Positions 29,839 to 39,570 of a DNA stretch of 64,000 nt are shown one piece after another (the first letter of the stretch is position 1; every line of letters begins with the position of its first letter). The stretch spans positions 1,888,001 through 1,952,000 of the forward strand of contig OZ250186.1 of assembly GCA_965238275.1 (NCBI GenBank). Reading direction: 5' to 3'. This stretch comes from Nitrosopumilus sp. (GTDB lineage Archaea > Thermoproteota > Nitrososphaeria > Nitrososphaerales > Nitrosopumilaceae). The position numbers and the translations under genes were made by a program. Under the pieces are notes generated by a model. It saw only the letters and a program-made list of their open reading frames with translations, was not told the DNA's origin and made no database searches.

Positions 29839-31608
29839 GTAATTGTTTCGCTTTTTGAAGTACCCCGGATGGCCTAGCGGGCATCCATGGCGCCGGGAAT
29901 GAATCTAATGATTTCGTGCTCGGGACGACAAAGTTAGACCGCCGCGATCCAAATACGAGTGGGTGCCAATCCCTTCGAAGTACCAAATGAAGGAACCGGC
30001 ACACCAGACATGCTTGGAGGTGGAGGAATTTAAGGCAATACACGAGCCCTCCTTACACTTACCACAAATCCTTCCTGATGCCGGGGCGTGCATGAAATCC
30101 GGATGCAGGTGCTGTCGGTTCTGGACAAGGGCACTTGGTGATACGATCGGCTTGACAGGCAAGATCTTGGAGGCTGCTGCCGCCGAAGTTGCAGGCAGGT
30201 CAGGCGCCAACTGCAAGGAGATCGAGGGACTGCAGGCACTCGTCTCATCCCTCACCGAGGACAACAAGAGGTACGCCAAGGCCAACAGGGAGCTTAACGC
30301 CAAGGCCAACAGGATCAACATCCCCACCGTGACCAAGAAAAAGGCAGGCCCAAGGAAGGCCGGCAGGCCCAAGGGGCAAAAACCCACCATCAACTGCAGG
30401 CCAAAACGCGTCGACCGCGTCGAGGAGATCGACTGCAAGGAATGTCCCGACTGTGGCAACGACAATCTTTCGGACGTGACTGACAGGTACGATCGCATCG
30501 TGACTGTCATGCGCGTCATACTGGAAAACGTCAGGTACGTCATCAAGCGGCGCTGGTGCCGCGGGTGCAAAAAACAGGTCTCTGGAAGGGTTCCCGGCGC
30601 GGCAAAACACGCGCGCCGTTCATCAAACTTTGATGCGGCCATGACGTCCCTGAACATGAACGGTTTGTCGCATGCCAGGGCCGCAGAATTTGGCAGCGAC
30701 GCGTGGGGGCACAAAATCTCGCGCCCGTCTGCATACCGCGGCAAGATCAGGCAGGCAGAGCGCATGGCACCGGAGCGTGATTCTGTAAGAAAGCGCGTGT
30801 TAGAGGCGCCACACCTGAACGCAGACGAATTCCACTGGCCGTTGGGCGGCAAACGCGGCTACGGGATAGTGGCCCTGGCAAAAGACGCCTGCCTCGTGGA
30901 GGTGACTGACTCTCGGGACATCAAGACGCTTTGCCACACACTCCCGGACTACGGTGGAACCATAACGCAGGACTCGTATGCAGGATGGCTCCACGTGGGA
31001 TCGTGCCGCCAGATGTGCGTGTGGCATCAGGAACGCCTGGTGCAAAAGGACGTCCTGACCAACCCCAAAGGCGACGTTCCAAAGTTTCTGGACAGGCTGT
31101 CGGCAATCCACGATAAGATTTATCGCGCATCCAGAATCGAGGACGGGCACACGAGGATCGTCGCGGCCCACTGCATAGACGCGGAGCTGCGCGGGCTGAT
31201 GAACGAACCGTTTGCAGACGATGGGCACGGCACCATCGCCAGACACAAGAAGAGGAACCCCCGGGAGGGATACTTTATGACCACCTGCCTGCACGTGGAC
31301 GGCATCGAGCCGGACAACAACGCAGTGGAGAGGGTCAACCGGAGGTTCGTGGCCATAAGGAGCGACGGGGGCGGAAACCGCTCCCAGAAGGGCATGGATG
31401 CCAACTCGATCCTGTTCACGCTGCTGGCAACTGACAGGATCAGCGGAAACAGCTTCTTTAATCACTTGGTCCACTCGTCCTCTGGAGACAGTTGAGGCAT
31501 CGTCTTACGGCACGCGCGGTGCATCACGGGAAAAAAGATTTCACGGTAAGGGAAAGGCTGCACCCGCTCCACTGTTAGGCAGGCCACTTCAAAAAGCGAA
31601 ACTGTTAC
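29839..31608 (+). mobile_element. IS66-family single-ORF element, family B copy 2
   Basis: same TIRs; 8-bp TSD ATTTAATT (29831-29838, 31609-31616). Confidence 0.92.
29963..31495 (+). CDS. IS66-family transposase
   Basis: 510 aa, near-identical to 26453-28000 beyond the N-terminus. Confidence 0.88.
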   Translation: MPIPSKYQMKEPAHQTCLEVEEFKAIHEPSLHLPQILPDAGACMKSGCRCCRFWTRALGDTIGLTGKILEAAAAEVAGRSGANCKEIEGLQALVSSLTEDNKRYAKANRELNAKANRINIPTVTKKKAGPRKAGRPKGQKPTINCRPKRVDRVEEIDCKECPDCGNDNLSDVTDRYDRIVTVMRVILENVRYVIKRRWCRGCKKQVSGRVPGAAKHARRSSNFDAAMTSLNMNGLSHARAAEFGSDAWGHKISRPSAYRGKIRQAERMAPERDSVRKRVLEAPHLNADEFHWPLGGKRGYGIVALAKDACLVEVTDSRDIKTLCHTLPDYGGTITQDSYAGWLHVGSCRQMCVWHQERLVQKDVLTNPKGDVPKFLDRLSAIHDKIYRASRIEDGHTRIVAAHCIDAELRGLMNEPFADDGHGTIARHKKRNPREGYFMTTCLHVDGIEPDNNAVERVNRRFVAIRSDGGGNRSQKGMDANSILFTLLATDRISGNSFFNHLVHSSSGDS

Positions 31609-31781
31609 ATTTAATTCAGTTTTTTAAATCAGGCACATTCTGCATGAGATCTACTGTTTCAAGGAATCAATTATCCCAAAGATAACATCGCCAAAATGTT
31701 TCCAACAAGGGGAGAAATTCAGTGTATGAACTGTAAACTGCACATATGGTTTACCCACAAGGAGTGCCATTTGTAAAAAAC

Positions 31782-32110
31782 TATACTAACGATCAAAAGT
31801 CTGTGCAGTGTCATATTTCCGGCTGGTAAAGTTGAGAAGGTCAAGCTTGAACCGGACGGTTCGATAATACAACGAAACAGCCAGGTGCATGTCTTGGAAT
31901 GTCTTGTAATATTCGGAGACCAGCAGGATGCGCTTTTCCTGGTGCCAGCATTCCTCCATCGCGTTGAGGTACGGCGAACACTTTGGTAAATAGATCATCT
32001 TGACGTCCCTGTTGTTACGCAGAAACTCCTTTACCATTTTTGAGCGGTGCTGCGGTGCCCGGTCTGCTGTCACTGCCACCAGAGATTTGAGGTGGATAGC
32101 CAGCAAGAGC
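31782..32110 (-). pseudogene. IS630 3' remnant including its terminal sequence
   Basis: ADRAPQHRS...YLPKCSPYLNAMEECW; ends at TATACTAACGATCAAAAGTCTGTGCAG. Confidence 0.75.
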
Positions 32111-32120
32111 TGAAACGTGT

Positions 32121-32290
32121 TCAGCAATAATGCTTCTTGAACCCTCCGATGTGTATGAATGAGGAACCGCACTTGGGGCACCTGAACGGCCTGGCAGGAT
32201 CGCCAGAGAGTATGCACGGCGGGACCACGTCGTTGCCGTGTGTTTTGCCGCAGAACCTGCATGCCATGGTGGACGTGGGGCACGGCACGT
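32121..32290 (-). pseudogene. IS6-like zinc-ribbon remnant
   Basis: CRFCG...FRCPKCGSSF..GFKKH resembles the ribbon of 6129-7274. Confidence 0.45.
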
Positions 32291-32308
32291 AAAAAATGAT
32301 GCCGTTAT

Positions 32309-32596
32309 GTGACGGCCGGCACTGGCATGCTTCTGGAAGAATTGCCGTCTGACTACAGGGAGTCTTTAATACATGCAGGACGCAACCGTGCCCATGATTG
32401 GGACAGAACCATGAAAGACTGCGAGGAAGGCCTGCGCATGATAGCCGACCTGCGCCGAGATGCTGACAAGCAGGAAAAGGCCGGCAGGGCAAAATCTGCC
32501 AAACTCATCAGGCATATTGCAGTCAGGTTCGAATGCATCGATTACGGACTGTACCTTTTAGAATACAAGCACGGTATCAAGATGTGCGATGACTAG
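32309..32596 (+). CDS. small hypothetical protein (paralog of 50675-50896)
   Basis: C-terminus ECIDYGLYLLEYKHGIKMCDD vs DCLSYGLYAIEYEHGVKMCED. Confidence 0.6.
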   Translation: MTAGTGMLLEELPSDYRESLIHAGRNRAHDWDRTMKDCEEGLRMIADLRRDADKQEKAGRAKSAKLIRHIAVRFECIDYGLYLLEYKHGIKMCDD

Positions 32597-32600
32597 CGTG

Positions 32601-32772
32601 TCGAACCAGACCAGCGGAAAACTCCCATTCACCGTCAAGGCGGCATTTGGCCATCCGCATACCTTGGGTCAGTCTTTTGCACACCATCACAAGTGGCAAG
32701 TTTTTGTCGACTCTCAGATCCAACAGGGTAAATGCCATGGTCACCGCTATAACGGCAACACATGGCGTCTTT
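32601..32772. repeat. ~170-bp dispersed direct repeat, copy 1
   Basis: collinear with 37936-38106 (e.g. CCATCACAAGTGGCAAGTT, TCACCGCTATAACGGCAACACATGGCGTCTTT). Confidence 0.85.
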
Positions 32773-33064
32773 TGCGCGTCGCTATAGGCACTGAAGGGGG
32801 AATCGCTACCTGCAAAGGACGTCATGGAACTCGAACGCAACTACAGGCAGAAAGAGCCCGAGCAGTTCCTTGAAATGTATGATGCGGTGCGGGAAAGCCG
32901 CAAGCAAAAAGATAGGGAATAGCAGCCATTTTAGAGAGGCATACGGCTCGCAGCCAGCACTTGGTTTTAAGGAATGATTGTGCCTGTTGCAGGCAAGCGC
33001 CTCTGATGCGACTAAACGGCACCTGACATGTAAATGATGAAAACAAAAATGAAAGGAATGACAG

Positions 33065-33898
33065 TCAGTTTCCAGGAGTCGTCGGGATTGCGATGAATGG
33101 CGTTCCGCCCTCACCTACTACAAGTGGTAGTTTTCCATCCCATGCCTTTGTCTTGAGCCATTCAATGTAGTTTGGATTTGTAGCCAGTGCGTCATTGATG
33201 ATGGCTATGGCTTCTGCCTCTCCCTTTGCCTCTGCGATGTTTGCATTTGCAAGACCTACGGCGTTGGCCTCTCTCTGTCTTGCCTCTACCTCGATTCTTC
33301 TAAGGTCGTTTTCTGCCTTGAGGGCCTTTTGCTCTGCCTCCACCTTTGCCTCTATTGCCTGCGAGAACAATGGCGAGAACTCAAAGTCGGTAATTGATAT
33401 GACTTCGGTTACCATTTCGAACTGGTTCAGCCTTTCTCGAATTGATATCTCTATGTCCTGCTTGACTAGGGGACGTTTTGTAATCAGTTCTTCTGCGTTG
33501 TAGTTGGCCGTTACCTGCTTAACTGTCTCCTCAATCGCGGGCTGGATAACCCTGTTTTCATAGTCCAGTCCCAGATTCTTGTATAGGCGGTGTATTGACT
33601 CCTTGTCCGGGTGGTAGTTTACAGTTACAGTAGTCTCTACTGTCTGCAGATCCTTTGATGCGCTTCTGGAGTGCTTTTCATACTTTAACGTACGAACCTC
33701 AATGTTGACTACCTCGTCCTGAAATGGCACTACAAAATGCAGCCCCTCATCAAGCGGAGGAATTGACACATCCACTGCGTTCCAGTGTAGGAGGACGCCC
33801 CTGTGCCCCGAATCTACAATCTTTACTGATGCAAATACTGCAACACCAACTACTATGAGTACTATGATGACTATGGCTACTCCTTTTGCCACATTCAT
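33065..33898 (-). CDS. SPFH/prohibitin (band 7) family protein
   Basis: N-terminal TM, GHRGV, EGLHFVVPF, SKDLQTV, AIEAKVEAEQ, WDGKLP. Confidence 0.92.
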   Translation of the reverse strand: MNVAKGVAIVIIVLIVVGVAVFASVKIVDSGHRGVLLHWNAVDVSIPPLDEGLHFVVPFQDEVVNIEVRTLKYEKHSRSASKDLQTVETTVTVNYHPDKESIHRLYKNLGLDYENRVIQPAIEETVKQVTANYNAEELITKRPLVKQDIEISIRERLNQFEMVTEVISITDFEFSPLFSQAIEAKVEAEQKALKAENDLRRIEVEARQREANAVGLANANIAEAKGEAEAIAIINDALATNPNYIEWLKTKAWDGKLPLVVGEGGTPFIAIPTTPGN

Positions 33899-33981
33899 GT
33901 TTACGTTGGTTCCAGGTGTTCTGTATCTTGACAATTGTACACGTATGAACATGCCCCTCTATTAGACCTTATGCATAGTAC

Positions 33982-35335
33982 AACTCTGTTTCCTAATTAC
34001 GCTCGACACAGATACTCGTCTGTGCAATTCTGCCTACGTCGTCGTCTTGCCCCCTTCCCTTGCAGTCCTTGGGCCGGGCTTGTAGGCTTGCACGATCCTT
34101 GGCGTGCCGTACCCGTTGTCGATTGCAGTATCGATCATCTGGTTGTACAGCTGCACCTTTCCGTATATCTCGGCCTTGACGTTCTCCCACTTGCGCGCGC
34201 TTATGCACTCGCCCAACACCCGCTTGAACGTGGAAAATACAATCTCGACTGACCACCGGTCGTTGTACCCTGACTCCCTGCGCCACGCCTTCTGGAATTC
34301 CCTCTTTTGTTCGCGCGTGAGGCCTGCAAACTTGCGTTCTGCCGTCTTGTCCATGCAGTCCAGGTCCCCCAGCTGCCTGAATCCTGCCTCCTTGCGGGGC
34401 ATGCACCCGTTCGCCTTTCCGGCAAAGTCGATGCGGACGGGAATCAGCGGCTCGATTCCCTGCTCGTCGCAGTACCTGCGGATCTTCTGGGTGTCGTACG
34501 CGCCGTCGGCTGCCGCCTTGGTGCCTGCAGAAGTGTCTGAGTTTGGTGATTTTTTTGCATTTGCAAGGGCCTGCCCCACCAGTTCCTCAAACTGCGGAGA
34601 GTCCCCGCACTTGTCGTCGGTTATGGCCACGGCGTAGATCTTTTTGGTTTTGGCATCCACCCCGACGTGCAGCTTTATGAAGCCCCGCCTGGTCCCCCAC
34701 TTTTCTGTCATCCAGTCGCCGCGGTTTGTGGGCTTGAGTCCAGTGGAGTCGAAGGCAAACAGCTTGATCTCGGCCCGGGTGCCGCCGTCTGAGAACCACG
34801 CAGAAGCCGTGCCGCTACCATCATCATTGTCTGCAACAGTGCAGCCAAGCTTGGTCATCCTCTTCTGGAACGCCGAGTACGTGGGCGCGTTTTCCTTGCC
34901 GACTATCGTCTCTGCCAGACCCTGGAGCTGCCTGTACCTTATGCCGGTGGCGTTTTTGAACAGGGATGCTGCTGCAAAGCACGCGTTTGAAAATACGTAC
35001 GGGCGGCCTACCTTCCCGCAGTTTAGCTTCTCGACTCCCTGAGTCAGGATCTCCGGGCTTATCTGGAGCGTCCACAACTGGCCGCGGTCTATGTACCTGC
35101 GGTCATCGTACTGGAACCGGCGTTCTTTGGATTTGAAAGATTTTTTAGCCTCATGCGTGCCCGTTTTGTCTGGAGAGGATGTGTTTTCAGTCATGGCTGT
35201 TACCTGACTGCCTGCACACCTCTCTGATCAATACGGTTTTCTATTGAAGATGTTTGATATGATGTTCAAATTCAACTGATCTGGCCTAATTCTGAACCTG
35301 TTGGGTGTGACTGGCGATAATTAGGAAACAAAGTT
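33982..35335 (-). mobile_element. IS5-family element (1354 bp), copy 2
   Basis: same TIRs; 8-bp TSD CATAGTAC (33974-33981, 35336-35343). Confidence 0.93.
34034..35194 (-). CDS. IS5-family (IS903-like) transposase
   Basis: identical 386-aa protein to 15167-16327. Confidence 0.9.
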   Translation of the reverse strand: MTENTSSPDKTGTHEAKKSFKSKERRFQYDDRRYIDRGQLWTLQISPEILTQGVEKLNCGKVGRPYVFSNACFAAASLFKNATGIRYRQLQGLAETIVGKENAPTYSAFQKRMTKLGCTVADNDDGSGTASAWFSDGGTRAEIKLFAFDSTGLKPTNRGDWMTEKWGTRRGFIKLHVGVDAKTKKIYAVAITDDKCGDSPQFEELVGQALANAKKSPNSDTSAGTKAAADGAYDTQKIRRYCDEQGIEPLIPVRIDFAGKANGCMPRKEAGFRQLGDLDCMDKTAERKFAGLTREQKREFQKAWRRESGYNDRWSVEIVFSTFKRVLGECISARKWENVKAEIYGKVQLYNQMIDTAIDNGYGTPRIVQAYKPGPRTAREGGKTTT

Positions 35336-35339
35336 CATA

Positions 35340-35505
35340 GTACGAGGTTGGTGAATACATGATAACCCCACCCACCCACCACATGTGGCGGGCTGACCCC
35401 TGATTACGCATGGTCACAAAGACCTCGTTGGTGAATGGGGCTATCCGAGCTGCTGTGTTACTGGACTCCGAGTCCTGATAGATGTATGCAGCTACCGGCC
35501 TGTCA
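35340..35505 (+). ncRNA. putative IS110 bridge RNA
   Basis: stems CGAGGT/ACCTCG, TGACC/GGTCA, AGCTGC/GCAGCT, GGACT/AGTCC; segments matching target and donor junctions; position upstream of an IS110 recombinase. Confidence 0.6.
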
Positions 35506-35520
35506 CACAAAAAAAGGGAG

Positions 35521-36597
35521 GTGAAAGAAATAGAAAAGAGTATTGGAATCGACATAGGAAAGAGAAAGTGCGTAGTGTGTATAATGAAACACAAGGGGAC
35601 AATTCTCGAAGAGTCATCGTACGACAACACGTCCCGGGATGCATTGGATTTTGCAGAATACGTAAAGGCCACATACGGCCAGTGCAAGGCAGTCTGCGAA
35701 TCCACCGGAAACCACTGGATAAAGACTGCAGACGCCTTTGAATCTGTCGGAGTCCCGCTGACTCTTGCCAATCCGTTCAAGGTCAAGGCAATCGCATGGG
35801 CCAAAATAAAAAACGACACCATAGACGCAAGAACGCTTGCCCACCTGCTGCGGGCCGACCTGGTTCCAGGCTGCCACATAGGTTCGGCCGAATCCCGGGG
35901 AATTAAGCAGGTCCTCAGGTACCAGATGACCCTAGTGCAGAACCGAACAAAAGTGATCAACTTTATGCACACGCTGACAGACAAATACGACATAAATCCA
36001 AAGAATGCAGGAGCCAGCGTCTGGAGACCAAAGGTCCTAAAGTACCTTGAAGAGGCAGACATGAAGAATTCCAGGGACAGGTTTGTTCTGGACGGCTGCA
36101 TATCGCAGATACGGTACTACAACGACGAGATAAAAAAGACCGAAGACGAGATCAAGCGCTACGTCCGAGACGCCCACGCCCCGAAGATACTGCTGAGTAT
36201 GACGGGGATGAACGTGTTTTCTGCGGCGCTGCTGGCAGCAGAGATCGACACTATCGAAAGGTTTGAGAACCCAAAAAAACTCGTATCCTGGGCAGGCATG
36301 TGCCCGACGCTTCACCAGTCAGGCGACACGTCATACCACGGCAGGATGAAAAAGGACTCGAATCGGAAGGTCAACTGGATCATGATCCAGTGCGCGCTTG
36401 TGGCAGTGTTCCATGACGCAAGGATGAAGGAATACTACACGCGCCTCCTGAAGAGGCACAAGCACCACATCGCCATAACGCACGTCGCAAACAAGATGCT
36501 GACGATCATCTGGCACATGCTGACAGAAGGCAACCTGTACGAGGACAGAAACGAGAAACTGTACCGCGCCAAGATCAAAGAAGTCATGAAGGCGTAG
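35521..36597 (+). CDS. IS110-family recombinase/transposase
   Basis: IGIDIGK, VCESTG, KNDTIDA (DEDD); SWAGMCPTLHQSG with catalytic Ser; IAITHVANKML. Confidence 0.93.
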   Translation: MKEIEKSIGIDIGKRKCVVCIMKHKGTILEESSYDNTSRDALDFAEYVKATYGQCKAVCESTGNHWIKTADAFESVGVPLTLANPFKVKAIAWAKIKNDTIDARTLAHLLRADLVPGCHIGSAESRGIKQVLRYQMTLVQNRTKVINFMHTLTDKYDINPKNAGASVWRPKVLKYLEEADMKNSRDRFVLDGCISQIRYYNDEIKKTEDEIKRYVRDAHAPKILLSMTGMNVFSAALLAAEIDTIERFENPKKLVSWAGMCPTLHQSGDTSYHGRMKKDSNRKVNWIMIQCALVAVFHDARMKEYYTRLLKRHKHHIAITHVANKMLTIIWHMLTEGNLYEDRNEKLYRAKIKEVMKA

Positions 36598-36978
36598 ACG
36601 CAGAACCGGCAATGTCAGTAGACGATGATGCCGGATCTAGCGGATGCTGTGCACGAATCATGGGAATGGCGGGTGTTTTTACATGAATACGGGGTGTTTT
36701 TACATGAATGCTGGGGGGCCAGCCCCCCAGACCCCCCGAAGGAGGATTATGCATGTCACGCCGCGGGGCAAAAGCCACATTTTCTGCGGATCCGGCAGGA
36801 TTCTACTCGCAGGTAACGCTTAAGAAGGCAAAAAACATACCCAAGGTGACAAGTTGGACGCAAAACCTGGATAAGTCCGGGGATGGGTTAACATAGATGC
36901 GTAATTCCGATATGTCCTAATCTGAATATTTCCCGCCGCATTCTCACGGGCGGGGTCAGATACGGACGGGTTGGATCA

Positions 36979-37900
36979 TCAGGCGCACTCCGTGCAAACC
37001 GGGCCGCCGTAGGACGGTATCGGTATATTTAGCCGGCAGGCACACTCAAACCGGTTGAGGACCCGGATGTTCCATGAGATTGCTCGTCCCTTGGCAAACC
37101 GGCGCCGATTGTCTTCGCGCACGAACCTGCAGTGAAGCTGGTGCCGCCGGCTCTCCTCGGCCCCGAATATGCCTTCCACCAGGGCTCTTGTCTTGTACTC
37201 GTGCGAGTCAAACAGCCCGGCTGCCTTCTTCCTGCTTGGCTTGCCCCTGCTGACGGCGTCCTTTCTCTGCTTGATGTTGGGCGTCATGCCCATCCAGAAC
37301 AGATCCTTGAAGTTGTAGTCGGCGTCATACCCGCGGTCCGCATCAAAGACGTTCCCCGAAAAGTCAAACCCGCGGCGTCTGATCTCTGCCAGCATGACTG
37401 GCAGCATCGTGACGTCGTTGACGTTACCCGGCGTGGCAAACGTGACCAGCACAATCTGTAGTCCCAGGATGGCCGTTATGTGGTATTTCCAGTAGGTTTT
37501 TTGACGCATCTCGACGAAATTACGCTCCTTTTTGTAGGGTTTTTCGATGTCTTCGTACCTGGTAGTCTCCACCCCGCTGCTGTCTGCGGCCAGCGGCCCG
37601 TCCAGAAACCGGACATGAATCCTGAGATCAATGAATTTGGAGCATCGTGCATGGCACAAGCTGTCTGCGTGCGTATCCGTCGTGGTTTGGTGCCTTCTCA
37701 GATGACCAGATACGGAAAATTCTCGACTACCAGATTCGGTTTTTTGTACCTCGTGTACCTGGTAATCGCCTCTCGGAGCATGCGCAGGCTGGTGTACGGC
37801 ACGTCAAGCACTGCCCGCTTGAGATCCCCCGGTACGTCTCTATGGCGCTCAGGTTCGGGGTTGCAGTTAGCAAGAAGACTGTCTCCGGGCCGTCTATTCT
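36979..37900 (-). pseudogene. degenerate IS5-family transposase
   Basis: AADSSG, YWKYH, DADRGYD, YKTRALVEGIFG in 36979-37659; 5' part broken. Confidence 0.75.
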
Positions 37901-37935
37901 AACATAATACGTATTGTCACATCATTTGTAGCACA

Positions 37936-38106
37936 TCAAATCTGGCCAGTGAAAATCCCCATTCACCGTCAAGACGGTATTTGACCATCCGCATACATTG
38001 GGCCACTCTTTCGCACGCCATCACAAGTGGCAAGTTCGTGTCGACTCTCAGGTCCAACAGGGTAAATGCCAAGATCACCGCTATAACGGCAACACATGGC
38101 GTCTTT
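37936..38106. repeat. ~170-bp dispersed direct repeat, copy 2
   Basis: see 32601-32772. Confidence 0.85.
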
Positions 38107-38134
38107 CGTTTTTCACCATAGTAGTGTATGTTGT

Positions 38135-38491
38135 TCAGGACTCAAACGCATCTTTGAATACATCTAACGAGGCAAGGGGACTCTCTCTTCGTACCAAATC
38201 TTTTGCTTCATTTAGTGCCTTACGGCCTTTTTCAGTCATAATGTAATATTCGTATCCATTGACGGTTTCAGGTTGTCTTTTCTCTACCCACACAATCGAC
38301 ACCAACTCGTTCATAAGGTTAGCAAAGTCGCTACCTTCCTGTGCGCGTATGTTTGCATTTTTTGCAATGTTGTTTTTCGTTGCTGCTGGCGGGTTAATCG
38401 ATCCTAAATACACCATGACTGCAAGCTTTTTTCTGTCTTTGGAATGATGGGTCCTCTTCTTGTACGATCTTGGACGTCGATTATGCGGCAC
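38135..38491 (-). CDS. winged-helix domain protein
   Basis: TKNNIAKNANI...YYIMTEKGRKAL wing motif. Confidence 0.7.
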   Translation of the reverse strand: MPHNRRPRSYKKRTHHSKDRKKLAVMVYLGSINPPAATKNNIAKNANIRAQEGSDFANLMNELVSIVWVEKRQPETVNGYEYYIMTEKGRKALNEAKDLVRRESPLASLDVFKDAFES

Positions 38492-38528
38492 AACAACTCA
38501 CTTGATCCTAAATATTTACGAATATCTC

Positions 38529-39461
38529 CTAAGCCTCGACCATGTTTTTGAATCTTGCATCTTGCCAGAACCTGACAAATAACTCTTCTGTCTTTGCCCT
38601 CTTCTTGTTGTCGGGATTTATTGAAACTGCTACGAGAAGAGAATCAAGTGCTTCTTCTTGGTTTTTCTTTGAGAGAATTCTTGCCTTCTGATACCATGTC
38701 TCATCGTCTGCAGGATCTATGTTCTGGGCCTTTAGAATGCACTCCACTGCCTCTTCTGACCTCCCAAGCCCGTACAATGCTTCTGCTTTGTTTCCCCACG
38801 CCATGGGATTGCTTCCGACGAGAGTTATGGCCTTGTCGGCAACTTTCAGCGCTTTTGAAAAATCTTTCACCAGTATATGTTCGCCAGAAAGTGAAACGAG
38901 CATATCAACTGACCATGGATCCAAATCTGAAAGCTCCTCTAGCTGGGCTATGGCCTCATTGTGCTTGCCCATTCCCGAGAAGGTTTCTGCCCTGAGATCC
39001 AGCACGTGTGTATCTTTTGGATTTTCTCTGAGGAGTTTCTCAATCACGCCCATTGCTTCACCATACCTTTCCAACTCCAACAACGATCCAGCCTTTGTTG
39101 TTTGCACCCAAGATTCATCCAAACCGCATTCAACGGCCTTGTTTGCCGCATGAAGGCTGTCTTCAGGACGATCCATCGCAAGAAAGGCGATGCTTTTATT
39201 GACCCATGTTTCTGGAAAATCAGGATTCAATTCTAAAATTTTATCGTATGCAAGGGATGCCTCATCAAATCTCTCCATATCCGAGAGAATCTCTCCCTTC
39301 AAGGTCCATAACTCCAGACTGTCTGGCGTCTTGACCAGTTCCTTGTTTGTCATTAGTAGCGCGTCATCAAGGTCATCTTCATCCATCAGATCTCCGATAT
39401 CATCGATTATCTCTTCTGGTGCAGGATCCACGTATTCAATGGCCTTTCGAATGATCCTCAT
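38529..39461 (-). CDS. tetratricopeptide repeat protein
   Basis: repeated W..KG..L...ERFDEA...YDK.LELNP units. Confidence 0.9.
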   Translation of the reverse strand: MRIIRKAIEYVDPAPEEIIDDIGDLMDEDDLDDALLMTNKELVKTPDSLELWTLKGEILSDMERFDEASLAYDKILELNPDFPETWVNKSIAFLAMDRPEDSLHAANKAVECGLDESWVQTTKAGSLLELERYGEAMGVIEKLLRENPKDTHVLDLRAETFSGMGKHNEAIAQLEELSDLDPWSVDMLVSLSGEHILVKDFSKALKVADKAITLVGSNPMAWGNKAEALYGLGRSEEAVECILKAQNIDPADDETWYQKARILSKKNQEEALDSLLVAVSINPDNKKRAKTEELFVRFWQDARFKNMVEA

Positions 39462-39497
39462 GTGTATAGGATTGGAATTAGAATATTTAAGGAAGGT

Positions 39498-39570
39498 ATC
39501 AGAACTTTTGATGGTTGCATCAGGACTTTTGATGGCAGTGTCAGGACTTCTTTGACGGCATTCAGATTTT
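39498..39570 (+). repeat. imperfect ~21-bp tandem repeat (~3.5 units)
   Basis: ATCAGAACTTTTGATGGTTGC / ATCAGGACTTTTGATGGCAGT / GTCAGGACTTCTTTGACGGCA. Confidence 0.7.

Larger units (their letters stand above)
33975..36896 (+). mobile_element. IS110-family element with an IS5 inserted at its extreme left end
   Basis: ATGC at both junctions (33971-33974, 36897-36900); ~185-nt non-coding left end, ~300-nt right end; boundaries inferred. Confidence 0.7.
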
